Source of the DNA: Capsulimonadaceae bacterium
GTDB taxonomy: Bacteria; Armatimonadota; Armatimonadia; Armatimonadales; Capsulimonadaceae
Reading direction: 5' to 3'
DNA length: 64,000 bases
Assembly (NCBI GenBank): GCA_965215505.1
Contig: OZ244065.1
Coordinates: 5,248,001-5,312,000 of the forward strand
Of this stretch, positions 30,823 to 41,118 are shown in pieces; position 1 is the first letter of the stretch; the number at the start of each line of letters is the position of its first letter. Both the position numbers and the translations under genes were made by a program. The notes under the pieces are model-generated. The model saw only the letters and a program-made list of their open reading frames with translations, did no database searches and had not been told where the DNA came from.

Positions 30823-32103
30823 CTATCCGGCCGCCGTCACGACGACCGGGGCGGGTGCCCACACTTCGCCCTCGCGGACCATCTCGCTCAGGCCGGGGAT
30901 CGCGATCGCATCCATCGCCGCCCGGTGATTGACCCATCTCTCATCCAGCATCTCCGTGAACAGTTTGGTGTACTGGATGCCGACCGACTGCCACGTCATG
31001 GAGCGGCCGTACTCATACGCCTTGCGGCGCGTCTCCTCGTAAAGCCTGTCGTCGGTCAGCAGGTGCCCGATGATCTCGGACAGCCTCGCCGAGTCCCGGA
31101 AGGGGTACAGGAAGCCGCGCCCCTCGGCCAGCAGCTCCTCGGCGTACAGGTAGGGCGTCGAGACGATCACCTTCCCCGTCACCATCGCATAGGCCAGCGT
31201 CCCCGAGGTGATCTGGTGCGGGTTGGCGTAGTACGGCGTGATGTAGATGTCGGTCGCCAGCAGATAGTCTATCAGCTCCTGGAGCGTCAGGTACTTGTCC
31301 ACAAACTTGACGTTCCGGGTCAGCCCCAGCTCCTCCACCTGCTTGACCAGGCCCTCGCGATACCACTCGCCCTCTTTGCGCTTGACGACGGGGTGCGTCT
31401 GTCCCAGGACCAGGTAAGTGGCCTGCGGCTCCTTCTCGACGACCGCCGGCATGGCGGCGATGGCGTCCTCGATCCCCTTGTTCGGCGAGATCAGGCCGAA
31501 CGTGGACAGGATGCGGCGGCCCTCCAGCCCGAGCTTCGCCTTGGCGGCGTTCTCGGCGTGGAAGGGCGCGTTGGGTGCCCCGTGCGGAATGAAGCGGATC
31601 TTGCTCGGCGCGATGCCGTAGACCTCTTGTAGCAGCTCGACGGCCTTGTGCGCCATGACGACGAAGCAGGAGACGTGGGCCTCCATGTCCTTCAGGATGC
31701 GGCGCTGAGGCTCCGAAGGGGAGGGAAGGACCGTGTGCAGGGTGACCGCGACCGGCATGGTGACGGCGCGGATCAGGTCCAGGACGTACTCCCCATGGTC
31801 GCCGCCGAAGATGCCATACTCGTGCTGCACCGAAAGCAGGCTGACGCGGTGTTTGTCCAGCAGCTTGGCGGCGCGCGTGTAGTCCGACCGGTTCTCCTTC
31901 TCGATGGTGTAGACGACCTTGCTGTCTGGGTGCGGCTCGGACGGCGCGGCGTCGTCCACCGCGAACACGATGGACCGCCAGCCGGACAGGTCCGTGGAGT
32001 TCACGACGTCGAGGGTGAAGGTGGCGATGCCGCATTCCTTGGGCGGGTACGTCCCTACATAGGCGATCTTGTGCCGCCTCGCGAGATTGGGGTAGGCGCT
32101 CAT
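30823..32103 (-). CDS. Glycosyltransferase family 4
   Basis: GTYPPKECGIATF, QHEYGIFGG, FGLISPNKG, SGTLAYA..GK...STPY; RBS GAGGAGG before ATG 32103. Confidence 0.92.
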   Translation of the reverse strand: MSAYPNLARRHKIAYVGTYPPKECGIATFTLDVVNSTDLSGWRSIVFAVDDAAPSEPHPDSKVVYTIEKENRSDYTRAAKLLDKHRVSLLSVQHEYGIFGGDHGEYVLDLIRAVTMPVAVTLHTVLPSPSEPQRRILKDMEAHVSCFVVMAHKAVELLQEVYGIAPSKIRFIPHGAPNAPFHAENAAKAKLGLEGRRILSTFGLISPNKGIEDAIAAMPAVVEKEPQATYLVLGQTHPVVKRKEGEWYREGLVKQVEELGLTRNVKFVDKYLTLQELIDYLLATDIYITPYYANPHQITSGTLAYAMVTGKVIVSTPYLYAEELLAEGRGFLYPFRDSARLSEIIGHLLTDDRLYEETRRKAYEYGRSMTWQSVGIQYTKLFTEMLDERWVNHRAAMDAIAIPGLSEMVREGEVWAPAPVVVTAAG

Positions 32104-32332
32104 GGGTGTGATGACCTCCTCGCGCGGCGGGGCCGCGCGGTAACACAACTTACGTTACACTGTCGAAGATTGCCGACATTGGCAACTTGTGTCGGATGGC
32201 CGAACCTGATTGAGTCGTGCCGGGGGTGGCGTTCGTGTCAGGGCCGGACGGGGAAGCCGGGAGCCATAAAAATGCGGCCCAACCGACTGTACATAAGACT
32301 ATACCTGGAAAAGAGGCTTCTTTAAACCTGGA

Positions 32333-32893
32333 TCAGCGGCAGCAGGAGGCGAGCAGGGAGGAGAGGAACAGGCACGGCAGCAGCAGGCCCGTCCCGTCGC
32401 CCCCCACATCGGGGACGCCGGGCAGGCCGCCGGGGCTGCCGCCCGCGTGCGGGGCAAGCCCCTTGAGCAGGGGTGCAAGGAAGCCAAGCAGGACGGAGAA
32501 TGCGATCGAATTAAGGACCGTCCCCAGCACGCTCCAGCCGATGGTCATCCAGCCGATCTGCGTCTTGCGCGGGTCATCCAGCATCAGGAAGACGATGCCG
32601 ACCGGCAGGCCGATGTAAGGGAACAGCATCCCGAGGGCCGCCGCCGCCTTGGGTGCCAGGGCGGACTCGGCGGCTGGCCTCGACGCGAACGTCCGCTGGG
32701 CGGGCGTGATGCCGGGGAGTGGCGGAGGGAGCGGCGCGGCGAGGGCCTCAGCCGACCCCGCCGGGACGGCTTTCAGCGCCCGCCCGCACTGCCAGCAGGC
32801 CGCTGAGGCGGGGAAGTTGTTCGCGCCGCAGTACAGGCAGCGCACCCGCCCGGCCTCACCGCCGGGTCCCGTGTTGGAAGGGGAGACGGCCAT
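32333..32893 (-). CDS. Zinc-ribbon membrane protein
   Basis: CLYCG..N...CWQCG, then TM helices. Confidence 0.7.
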   Translation of the reverse strand: MAVSPSNTGPGGEAGRVRCLYCGANNFPASAACWQCGRALKAVPAGSAEALAAPLPPPLPGITPAQRTFASRPAAESALAPKAAAALGMLFPYIGLPVGIVFLMLDDPRKTQIGWMTIGWSVLGTVLNSIAFSVLLGFLAPLLKGLAPHAGGSPGGLPGVPDVGGDGTGLLLPCLFLSSLLASCCR

Positions 32894-33172
32894 CTACTTG
32901 AGGTTCGGGTCCCCGGCCGGCTTGTCGGTGTCCACGGAGACCGCCCGCCCGCCGTGCGCCGGCTGGACGCTCGTCCTGCCCAGGTCCTGACCGTTCAGGT
33001 AGAACAGCAGTGCCGCCAGCAGCAGGACCGCCAGGGCGATGCCCGCGATCCGCCGCCAGTCCCCGGCCCGGCTGGCCGGGACCACCGGCTGCTCCAGGCC
33101 TGTATCCCGGCCGACGGAGTTGAATTTGGGGACACCCCCGAGGAACTCTTGATTCTGCTTTCGTTCAGCCAT
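32894..33172 (-). CDS. Small single-TM hypothetical protein
   Basis: 92-aa ORF abutting the next gene. Confidence 0.65.
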   Translation of the reverse strand: MAERKQNQEFLGGVPKFNSVGRDTGLEQPVVPASRAGDWRRIAGIALAVLLLAALLFYLNGQDLGRTSVQPAHGGRAVSVDTDKPAGDPNLK

Positions 33173-33293
33173 AATAACAGTATGCTACCCGAATCAGGCT
33201 CAAAACCGAGCCGAAATCCCCGAAACTTTTGGCTCCCCTGGTTGTCATAGGGTGTGAGTACGATTTAAGCGCGGAAAGGCACGAATTTCCTCA

Positions 33294-34391
33294 ATGAACT
33301 GGACGTTTTGGACGCGGACCCCACCGATAGAGCCTGACGACTGTGAGACAATTGACCCGCTGCTGTCGCTGTACGCCGACGGGATGACCTCCCTCGATGA
33401 ATCCGCCCGTGTGGAAGTCCACCTGCCCGGCTGCGCGTCCTGCCGCGAGTCGCTGGCCTGGATGCGGGCGACCCGCTTCGCCCTCGCCTCCCGCCCGGTC
33501 GCGCTGCCGCCCGCCGACCTGCGCGTCCGCATCGCCGAAGCCATCGCCGCCTCGTCCGCCGCGCCGGTCCCCGCCACGTTCACCACCCGCCGCGCCTTCG
33601 CCCTGCGTCCGGCCCTCGCCGCCGCCGCCTCGTTCGTCATGCTCGGCGTCGTCGGCTACGGCCTGCTGAATCACCCGCCGCCCGCCGCCGTACAGCCCGT
33701 GACACCGCCGCGGTTGGCCGCCACGCCGCGCGTCACCACTGCCGCGCCTGTCGTCAAGACGGCACCCGGCGTCAAGATGCACCTGACGCCGCACCCGTCG
33801 GCCCAGTCCAAGCACACGCGCCTCGACCCGGACCGGATCGCCAGCACCCGGCCGACTGAGGCCGCACCCGCCCCGGCGGTCGTGAAGACGCACGCCCCCG
33901 CGAAGCCCGGCCCCCGGATGCTTGCCGGCATCGCGCCCATCATGGCCCCTGAGAAGGTGCGGCCCGCAGCCGACAGGAAGCCGGCCCCGCATCGGCTCCG
34001 CCCTGAGCTGATGGCGACGAACAAAGGCCTATCCCCTGCCGCCGAGACGCGCAAGGTGCTGGTCGTCAAGCCTGAACCCAAGCACACCGACATGGCCGTC
34101 GCCGAGGCTCCGCACCCTCAGACACTCTCCGCGCCCGCAATCATCGAGAAGCAGCCCATCATCACGCATGACCCGGCCCCGGTCGTCGCTGTCGCCAGCA
34201 GCAACGAAAGCCGCGTTCAGACGGCTGAGGAACACGTTGTTATCAGGTTAAATCACGCCGCCGCGCAAGTCATGGGGCATATGAGCCTTGCTAGAGATAA
34301 TGGAGGCGCGACGGCCATCAGGACTATGATTGAACAAGACAGGACTCCCGGCCCCGACATGACACGCGGATCGTTCGGTAGTCCCCGATAG
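33294..34391 (+). CDS. zf-HC2 (ZAS) anti-sigma-factor-like membrane protein
   Basis: C...LLSLYADG...VEVHLPGCASC (HxxxCxxC), TM helix, Pro/Ala-rich C-terminus. Confidence 0.8.
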   Translation: MNWTFWTRTPPIEPDDCETIDPLLSLYADGMTSLDESARVEVHLPGCASCRESLAWMRATRFALASRPVALPPADLRVRIAEAIAASSAAPVPATFTTRRAFALRPALAAAASFVMLGVVGYGLLNHPPPAAVQPVTPPRLAATPRVTTAAPVVKTAPGVKMHLTPHPSAQSKHTRLDPDRIASTRPTEAAPAPAVVKTHAPAKPGPRMLAGIAPIMAPEKVRPAADRKPAPHRLRPELMATNKGLSPAAETRKVLVVKPEPKHTDMAVAEAPHPQTLSAPAIIEKQPIITHDPAPVVAVASSNESRVQTAEEHVVIRLNHAAAQVMGHMSLARDNGGATAIRTMIEQDRTPGPDMTRGSFGSPR

Positions 34392-34537
34392 ATAAAACGG
34401 GCGGCGAACTTTCTGCCGCCGGGCGCGTCTTTACCAGCAAGAAGCCTCGGCGGCCTGCCGGAGCAGCAAACAAGTTACCCGTCGCTCTCCTGGAGAGTAG
34501 TGGGCGCTGAAAACTTTTCATATCAAAAGGAACAACA

Positions 34538-35320
34538 ATGACCCAGCCGAACCGAAACGCCGCGAAGGCCGGCTTCACCCTGATCGAGCTGCTCGTCGTC
34601 ATCGCCATCATCGCGATACTCGCGGCGATCCTTTTCCCCGTCTTCCAGAGCGTCCGCGAGAACGCCCGCCGGACCCAGTGCCTCAGCAACATGAAGCAGC
34701 TCGGGCTGGCGATCACCCAGTACACCCAGGACAGCGACGAGCGGATGCCCAACTTCACCGACGGCAATCCGGGGAACGGACTTCTCGGCGGCTGGGACTA
34801 CTACACCGGCTATGGCAGCGCCGCGACCGTGAAGTTCGACCCCACGCAGGGCAGCCTGTACCCCTTCATCAAGAGCAAAGGCGTCTACGTCTGCCCCGAT
34901 GATACGACCGGCCAGAACACCGGCACCTCCTACGCGATCAACTCCTGCCTCGCCGGCAACGTCCGGGACACGGCCTCGATGCTGAGGATCGGGAAGAACA
35001 TCGCCACCATTGACAGCCCCTCGGCCACCCTGCTGTTCTGCGAGGAAGGCGCGGGTGCCGGCAGCGCGTCCACCAACGACGCCTACTTCAGCTACCCCTC
35101 GCCCGACCACGTCGCGATCCGTCACCGGGGAGGCGGCGTCTTCGGCTTCATTGACGGCCACGCCAAGTACCTCCAGCTTGACGCCGGCAGCCCCAACGCC
35201 GCCTCCCCCGCCGCCGACCTCAAGGTCTACAACATGCAGGACGGCCTCGACCCCACGAACACGGCCGGCGTCCCGCTGCCCGCCCCGAATGGCACCGGCG
35301 GCGGCCTCTGCTCCAACTGA
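34538..35320 (+). CDS. Prepilin-type N-terminal cleavage / DUF1559 / H-X9-DG protein
   Basis: [47 protein letters not shown]. Confidence 0.92.
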   Translation: MTQPNRNAAKAGFTLIELLVVIAIIAILAAILFPVFQSVRENARRTQCLSNMKQLGLAITQYTQDSDERMPNFTDGNPGNGLLGGWDYYTGYGSAATVKFDPTQGSLYPFIKSKGVYVCPDDTTGQNTGTSYAINSCLAGNVRDTASMLRIGKNIATIDSPSATLLFCEEGAGAGSASTNDAYFSYPSPDHVAIRHRGGGVFGFIDGHAKYLQLDAGSPNAASPAADLKVYNMQDGLDPTNTAGVPLPAPNGTGGGLCSN

Positions 35321-35344
35321 CCTGGACCCCCCTCCCGGCCGTCG

Positions 35345-35384
35345 TGCCCCCCGCCTCCTGCCTCTAAGGCAGGAGCGGGGGGCA
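35345..35384. repeat. GC-rich hairpin (REP-like or terminator)
   Basis: TGCCCCCCGC(C)TCCTGCCT-cta-AGGCAGGAGCGGGGGGCA; no U tract. Confidence 0.5.
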
Positions 35385-35448
35385 TCCGTCTGTCTGCCGG
35401 GAACCTCTCCCGCCCCGCCCGGTGTTCTGAGGCACGGGAGAGCAAGAA

Positions 35449-36255
35449 ATGACGATGTATCTGCGGCGGCGGGCCGGCTTCTCCGCCGGGTTCCGCCGCC
35501 CGCCGCCCGGCGAGACCGGGCGCGGACACGACTATCTGTGCGAGCTGACCGTCGGCGGCGAGATCGCCCCCGAGACGGGCATGGTGATCAACATCAAGGA
35601 CGTGGACGCCGTCCTGAAAGCGCACGTCGTCGGCCCGCTCGCCGGGAAGCTGCTGGACGCGGAAGTCCCCGCCTTCCTGGACACGCCCCCGACCCCGGAA
35701 AACCTCGTCCGCCTGATCTGGGGACGCTGCGCCCCCGCACTGCCCCCGCAGAGCGCCCTCGCCCGCGTCACCCTCTGGGCGACTTCCACAATGCGCGCAG
35801 AGCTGTCCGCGCTTCAGAATCCCCAGGAGAGGCCCATGCTGACCGTCACCCGCACCTATGATTTCTCCGCCTCGCACCGGCTGAACTCGGCCGCGCTGTC
35901 CGCCGAGGAGAACGCCGACATCTTCGGCAAATGCAACTGGGAGAACGGGCACGGACACAACTACGAGGTCGAGGTGACACTGGCCGGCGACCCCGACCCG
36001 CGCACCGGGTTACTCTGGGACCTTGACCACCTGGACCGGATCGTGGACGAAGAGGTCTTGAAGCCTTACGACCACAAGCACCTTAACTACGACGCCGCAG
36101 ACTTCCGCGACCTGAACCCGACCTCGGAGAACCTGACCCGCGTGGTGTGGGACAACCTCTCGCGGCGTTTAGGGCAAGAAGACCTGGGCCGCGCCCGCCT
36201 CTACCGCGTGGCGGTGCGGGAGACGGCCCGCAATTATTTCGAGTGCTATGGCTGA
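35449..36255 (+). CDS. queD: 6-carboxytetrahydropterin synthase, tandem two-domain
   Basis: C-terminal domain FSASHRL...GKC...GHGHNY, NPTSEN, VRET; degenerate N-terminal copy (FSAG, GHDY, PTPEN). Confidence 0.85.
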   Translation: MTMYLRRRAGFSAGFRRPPPGETGRGHDYLCELTVGGEIAPETGMVINIKDVDAVLKAHVVGPLAGKLLDAEVPAFLDTPPTPENLVRLIWGRCAPALPPQSALARVTLWATSTMRAELSALQNPQERPMLTVTRTYDFSASHRLNSAALSAEENADIFGKCNWENGHGHNYEVEVTLAGDPDPRTGLLWDLDHLDRIVDEEVLKPYDHKHLNYDAADFRDLNPTSENLTRVVWDNLSRRLGQEDLGRARLYRVAVRETARNYFECYG

Positions 36256-36961
36256 CGGAAGACGGCCATTTAGGAAGACGTGTATCGTGACACAACTGAA
36301 CGGATTTGAGAAGCGGGGGCTGGAGACGGTGGAAGTCCTCCCGCCGCGCGAAGCCGCGCATACCAACGGGAATGCGGTCGGGAAGGTCCGGCCAAGCCAG
36401 GAGATGATCGAGGGCCACTACCGTGACCTCCTCGCCTTCGTCGGCGAGGACCCCGACCGCGAGGGCCTGCTGCGGACCCCCCACCGCGCCGCCGAGGCAC
36501 TGAAGTATCTGACGCAGGGCTACGGCCAGGACGTCCACACCCTGCTGAACGGCGCGATCTTCCACGAAGACTATGAAGACATGGTGGTCGTCAAGGACAT
36601 CGAGTTCTACAGTCAATGTGAACACCATATTTTGCCGTTTTTTGGCAAGGTCCATGTCGCCTACATCCCCAACGGGCGCATCGTCGGCCTGTCCAAAATT
36701 CCTCGGCTCGTGGACATGTTCGCGCGCCGGTTGCAGGTGCAGGAGCGGCTGACGACCCAGATCGCCGAGGCCCTGGAGGCTGCCCTGGAGCCGCGTGGCG
36801 TCGCCGTCGTCGTCGAGGGCACACACATGTGCATGCGGATGCGCGGCGTCCAGAAGCAGGAGGCGACCATGATCACCTCGCACGTCATGGGCGTCTTCCG
36901 AACGGACCGTGCCACGCGCCAGGAGTTCATGGCGCTGGTGAAGGGCAACGGCCACCGCTGA
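36248..36961 (+). CDS. folE: GTP cyclohydrolase I
   Basis: [46 protein letters not shown]. Confidence 0.97.
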   Translation: MADGRRPFRKTCIVTQLNGFEKRGLETVEVLPPREAAHTNGNAVGKVRPSQEMIEGHYRDLLAFVGEDPDREGLLRTPHRAAEALKYLTQGYGQDVHTLLNGAIFHEDYEDMVVVKDIEFYSQCEHHILPFFGKVHVAYIPNGRIVGLSKIPRLVDMFARRLQVQERLTTQIAEALEAALEPRGVAVVVEGTHMCMRMRGVQKQEATMITSHVMGVFRTDRATRQEFMALVKGNGHR

Positions 36962-37079
36962 TGCCGGCCGGTGATGTCAGCTGGCGCGGGAACCGGAGGC
37001 CTCTCCCCCGTGTTCCTCTGATAGCGAGAGATGATGTGGCCTCCGCAGCCGGCGGACTGGCCGACCAAGGAGAAGAAGC

Positions 37080-37406
37080 ATGAGCGCAGTCCCCGCCGTT
37101 TCCACCGCCGAGTTCGACAAGCAGGTCCTGGAGTCTGAAATGCCTGTTCTGGTGGACTTTTGGGCCGTCTGGTGCGGCCCCTGCCGTACCATCGCCCCCG
37201 TTGTGGATGCCGTCGCGGAAGAGTTCGCGGGCCGCGCGAAGGTTTTCAAGCTGAATGTGGACGAGAATCCCGAGATCGCGGGCCGCTACGGTGTCCAGAG
37301 CATCCCGACCCTGATCGTCTTCAAGGCCGGCCAGAAGGTCGGCCAGCTCGCCGGTGCCCAGAACACGCGGCAGACCATCGGGGCCGCCCTGTCCGAGCAT
37401 GTCTGA
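37080..37406 (+). CDS. trxA: Thioredoxin
   Basis: [16 protein letters not shown]. Confidence 0.95.
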   Translation: MSAVPAVSTAEFDKQVLESEMPVLVDFWAVWCGPCRTIAPVVDAVAEEFAGRAKVFKLNVDENPEIAGRYGVQSIPTLIVFKAGQKVGQLAGAQNTRQTIGAALSEHV

Positions 37407-37465
37407 ACGACCGACCCCAAGCCATTTTCTAAATAAACCACTGTCTATATCAAGGAGAAGTTCGA

Positions 37466-37789
37466 ATGAGTAATGCCAGCGCCGTCACGACGGCCAATTT
37501 CGAGAAGGAAGTCTTGCAGTCCGATGTCCCCGTCCTCGTGGATTTCTGGGCACCCTGGTGCCCCCCCTGCCGTGCCATCGGCCCCACCCTGGATGCCCTC
37601 GCCGATGAGTACCAGGGCAAGGCCAAAGTAGTCAAGGTGGACGTGGACGATGAGCCGGAAGTCGCCTCGCGCTACGGCGTCAGCAGCATCCCCGCACTGC
37701 TGCTGTTCAAGGGCGGCGAGCAGGTCGGCCAGCTCGTCGGCGCGCATCCGAAGACGAGCATCGCCAATCTTATCACGAACGCCCTCTAA
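37466..37789 (+). CDS. Thioredoxin paralog (WCPPC)
   Basis: VDFWAPWCPPC, SIPAL; RBS AAGGAG. Confidence 0.93.
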   Translation: MSNASAVTTANFEKEVLQSDVPVLVDFWAPWCPPCRAIGPTLDALADEYQGKAKVVKVDVDDEPEVASRYGVSSIPALLLFKGGEQVGQLVGAHPKTSIANLITNAL

Positions 37790-37802
37790 GAACTGGAACA
37801 AC

Positions 37803-37839
37803 AAAAGCCGCCCCGCGCAGATGCGCGGGGCGGCTTTTT
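37803..37839. terminator. Bidirectional intrinsic terminator
   Basis: AAAAGCCGCCCCGCGCA-ga-TGCGCGGGGCGGCTTTTT. Confidence 0.9.
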
Positions 37840-37850
37840 CCGTTTGGGAG

Positions 37851-38690
37851 CTACCGGGATTGGGGCGGCGGCGGCTGCCCGAAGCCCTGGTTATGCACCA
37901 CCTCGCGGCTGTCATTGTCGCCCGTCGGCGGGTTCAGGACCTTGAACGGGTACACGCTGCGCCCGTCCTGATAGCCCGTCACGCCGTAGGTGGGGTAGGG
38001 GGCATCGCGCGTCACCGTCCACGCCGCCGGGTTGTCTTTGTCCTTTATGTCCCCGCCGCCCTTAAGGCTGCGGACATACGCCACCGCCGCCCACCTCTCG
38101 TTAGGCGTCAGCCAGTGCCGGAAGCCGGGCATCTTGCCCTGACCCATTGTGATATGCCAGAACATCGCCCCGTCCGAGATATGCTGCACCAGGGGCGCGG
38201 CCAGATCCGGCGGGTGGGGGACTAAGTACTGCCCCACCGTGCCGTAGCCGTACCCGCCTGGGTTGTGGCACTGTACGCACCGGTTGTAGAACAGCACCTG
38301 ACCCGACCGGACGACGTGCGGATCCTCCGGCAGTGGGCTTTTCAGGGCATCCACGGCCGCCGGGGCAGGCTCATACCGGGCGTTGTCGGAGAGGTTCGGC
38401 GGCGGCAGCGTCGGCTCCTTGGAAGGGAACTGGTTCAGGCGCACTCCCCCGCTGTACTTCGCCTCCGTATCGCCCGGCAGCTTCACCTGCGCGCCATACG
38501 CAATCGAGGCCACCGGCCGCGCGTCCGTCGGCAGGATGGCGTCGCCCGCCGAAACCGACTCCTGCGGCGGCGCGGCGCGGGGCGCGTCCAGCGGCGTATA
38601 GTTCGGCTGGCGGTACATCTGGTTGCCGCAGCCGGTCAGCGCGAGGAGGCCAAAAAGGCCGCCCGCGCTCTGTAACAGATTACTTCTCAT
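37851..38690 (-). CDS. actE: Alternative complex III monoheme cytochrome c lipoprotein
   Basis: Lipobox LTGC, M..QP, single CVQCH, GKMPG axial Met. Confidence 0.8.
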   Translation of the reverse strand: MRSNLLQSAGGLFGLLALTGCGNQMYRQPNYTPLDAPRAAPPQESVSAGDAILPTDARPVASIAYGAQVKLPGDTEAKYSGGVRLNQFPSKEPTLPPPNLSDNARYEPAPAAVDALKSPLPEDPHVVRSGQVLFYNRCVQCHNPGGYGYGTVGQYLVPHPPDLAAPLVQHISDGAMFWHITMGQGKMPGFRHWLTPNERWAAVAYVRSLKGGGDIKDKDNPAAWTVTRDAPYPTYGVTGYQDGRSVYPFKVLNPPTGDNDSREVVHNQGFGQPPPPQSR

Positions 38691-38715
38691 GCAACTACAT
38701 TCTAATCACGCGCTT

Positions 38716-39243
38716 TCATTCAAAGCTGCGCGCGTCGTGCCGAACATCCGTCGCGCCGGCCTCACGGCAGAAGCGCTCCGCCCGCGTGGCCTGCTTCTCG
38801 TCGGCGCAGTGGGCGGCGATGCCGATCAGGCCCTCCGAGATGCGCGGGTCATAGACCTTTGCCCGCCAGTTCGGCAGGCGCATCTCGAACAGGGCCGCGA
38901 AGAAGGCCGCCGAGAGTGCGAACAGCATCATCATCTCGTAGGCAATGATGCCGGTCGGCGGGACCGGCGAGATCGGCTTGCCGCCCACCCGGATCAGGTA
39001 GAGCTGGGCGGACCCCGCCGCCAGGGCGATCCCGAACCCGATCCCGACCAGCGCGAACAGAATGGTGATCAGGGGCAGCCGGATCGGCGACCTATCCGCC
39101 TCCAGCACGCCCTCGGGAAAAGGCACCGAGGACAGCACCATCAGGTCCTCCGAGGCCGCGCCCCCTTCGCTCCGCAGCCGGTTGAGCGCGTTCGCCGCCT
39201 GGTCGATCTCCTCGAACAGTCCGAGTACCGTTGTTTCAGCCAT
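38716..39243 (-). CDS. actD: Alternative complex III subunit D (DUF3341)
   Basis: VLGLF, SSVPF, VGGKP, IIAYEMMMLF, YDPRISEG. Confidence 0.85.
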   Translation of the reverse strand: MAETTVLGLFEEIDQAANALNRLRSEGGAASEDLMVLSSVPFPEGVLEADRSPIRLPLITILFALVGIGFGIALAAGSAQLYLIRVGGKPISPVPPTGIIAYEMMMLFALSAAFFAALFEMRLPNWRAKVYDPRISEGLIGIAAHCADEKQATRAERFCREAGATDVRHDARSFE

Positions 39244-39321
39244 CGTTTCCAACTTCTAAGGGAATGTGTTTGCATTACCCAAAAGGGACGGCCGTCAAAC
39301 CCGTCACTCCCCCAAGATCGG

Positions 39322-41118
39322 CTATTCCAGTGTGTGTCCGACGCAGGTCCAGGAGAGGATGTCGTACTGGGTGGTGGTCGTCGGAAAAGCGGGTGGGGGG
39401 TTAGTCGCCAGGCGTCCGTCGTAGTGGCGCTCAGTGGAAAGGCCGCTCGTCAGCAGGCCCCCGGCGGACAGGGTGCCGAAGCCGCCGCCGTGTCTGACGA
39501 TGAAACTGCCGACCTGTCTGAACGTGCCCAGAGGCCGCGTCGTCACGCCAGTCGCGTCACAGGTGTTGAACGCCAGAATGGCCGCGTCAACCTCGACGGC
39601 GGTCAGCGGCAGGCTGTTCGAGTCCCGATCAACCACCTCGACCGTGTTGGAGATCAGGCCCAGCGTCCCCGCCTGCTGCGTCAGGATCGTGTTCAAAGGC
39701 TGCGTCAGCGGCAGGGAAAGGAGCGCGCTGTATTGGAGGCTGCCGTCAATGTTCATGTTCCTGCCGGCATCGGTTGCGATGGTCAGGTGGTTGCTGGGGA
39801 GGAGCGCGCCCAAAACCTGGTTGTCCAGGATCGTCCCGTGGAGGCCGCCGGATTTGGGGGCGGACTGGCTTCCGATGTTCCCATCACAGTAGATCACGCC
39901 ATTCCCGATGCCGACATAGAAGGTGATGAGGGGCAGCGCGAAGGACCGTGTGACGACCACCGTCGTCTGATTGAGCAGGCCGTTAAGCAGGACTGTGGTC
40001 GTGAATGGTCCCACGCCGTCCTGCTGCTGGATGCTGATGGATTGGACATTGCCCGCCCCGACCGCCAGCGTCATTTCCTGCACGTCGCCGTGGACGTAGA
40101 TGCCGCCGACCGTGGTGCCGCCGCTGATCCCGCTGGTGAGGACGCCGTTGAGCAGACTCGTGACCAGCCCGCCGCCCCCGCCGCTTGGGATAGTCACGCC
40201 GACCGCCGTTGGCGCGGGCGTTCCGGCAAGCGCCGCCAGTTTCTGCGGCGTGCTGTCGGCGGGGAAGGCGATCGTCGGCGTCCCGCAATGCACCGATGCC
40301 GCCCCGCCCGCAGCGAGGGAAGACCAGTCGGCCGTGGTGTGTGGACTCGTGGCGGCCGTGGGGGTGCTGAGGAACCAGTTGACATGGGTGCCGGACATGG
40401 TCACCGCGTCCGCCGCGCCGTCACTGAAGATCGGCTGGGGCGCGGCCGTCTTCCACAGGATGTTGTTCACGACGCCGCCCGGACTGCCGTCGGGGTTGGA
40501 GTTGTTGCAGTGGACCGGGCCGTCGAAGCCGGTCACGCCGCTGATCCAGTAAGCGTCCGGCGCGGACTGATCGGAAAAGTAGTTGTATTTGGCGAAGCTG
40601 ACCTGCTGGACCTCGGCCTCGACGGTCTGCACGGACGCCCCGCAGGTGCCTATCGCCTCGATCAGATACTTCTTCGGGGCCGACCCCGAATTGCCGCCGC
40701 CGGGGTAGACACGGATGCTGAACGTATGGGCGGCATCCGGGTAGCTCACGACCGCGCGCTGCGGGCTGCCGGCGAGGGATGCCCCCCAGAGGGTCGGCGC
40801 GAACGCCTGGGTCTGGGAAGGGGGCGCGGCCTGAGTGTGCAGCCACTGAAGCGTCAGTTCGACGCCCGAGGCGGCGAGTTCGGAGGCGGTCGTCGCCTGC
40901 GCGCGCGCCGCCGTCATCTGCAAGGAATTACCCGCCGTCGCCGCCCCACCGCCGCCGCTGGTGCCGGGGACCAGCGTGATCCCGATCAGCATCGCGGTCA
41001 TCAGCCCCAGCAGGACCAGCATCGTCAGGGCGAACGCCATGCCGCGACGCCGCCCCCGCCTAGTCGGAGCGCAGGGGCGTGTTCGTGGCTCCGTAGGTGG
41101 GCGTCGGGTTTGGCTCAT
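39322..41118 (-). CDS. PilX/GspK-like large minor pilin
   Basis: Basic leader RRRRG|MAFALTML with no Glu5; AASGVE, YLIEAIG, FDGPVHCN, YDGRL..NPPPAFP. Confidence 0.7.
   Translation of the reverse strand: MSQTRRPPTEPRTRPCAPTRRGRRRGMAFALTMLVLLGLMTAMLIGITLVPGTSGGGGAATAGNSLQMTAARAQATTASELAASGVELTLQWLHTQAAPPSQTQAFAPTLWGASLAGSPQRAVVSYPDAAHTFSIRVYPGGGNSGSAPKKYLIEAIGTCGASVQTVEAEVQQVSFAKYNYFSDQSAPDAYWISGVTGFDGPVHCNNSNPDGSPGGVVNNILWKTAAPQPIFSDGAADAVTMSGTHVNWFLSTPTAATSPHTTADWSSLAAGGAASVHCGTPTIAFPADSTPQKLAALAGTPAPTAVGVTIPSGGGGGLVTSLLNGVLTSGISGGTTVGGIYVHGDVQEMTLAVGAGNVQSISIQQQDGVGPFTTTVLLNGLLNQTTVVVTRSFALPLITFYVGIGNGVIYCDGNIGSQSAPKSGGLHGTILDNQVLGALLPSNHLTIATDAGRNMNIDGSLQYSALLSLPLTQPLNTILTQQAGTLGLISNTVEVVDRDSNSLPLTAVEVDAAILAFNTCDATGVTTRPLGTFRQVGSFIVRHGGGFGTLSAGGLLTSGLSTERHYDGRLATNPPPAFPTTTTQYDILSWTCVGHTLE

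Noticed and set aside
34392-34537. Riboswitch upstream of the DUF1559 prepilin gene
   Set aside because: Small hairpins are present, but I could not match c-di-GMP or c-di-AMP riboswitch consensus motifs; an Rfam scan would settle it
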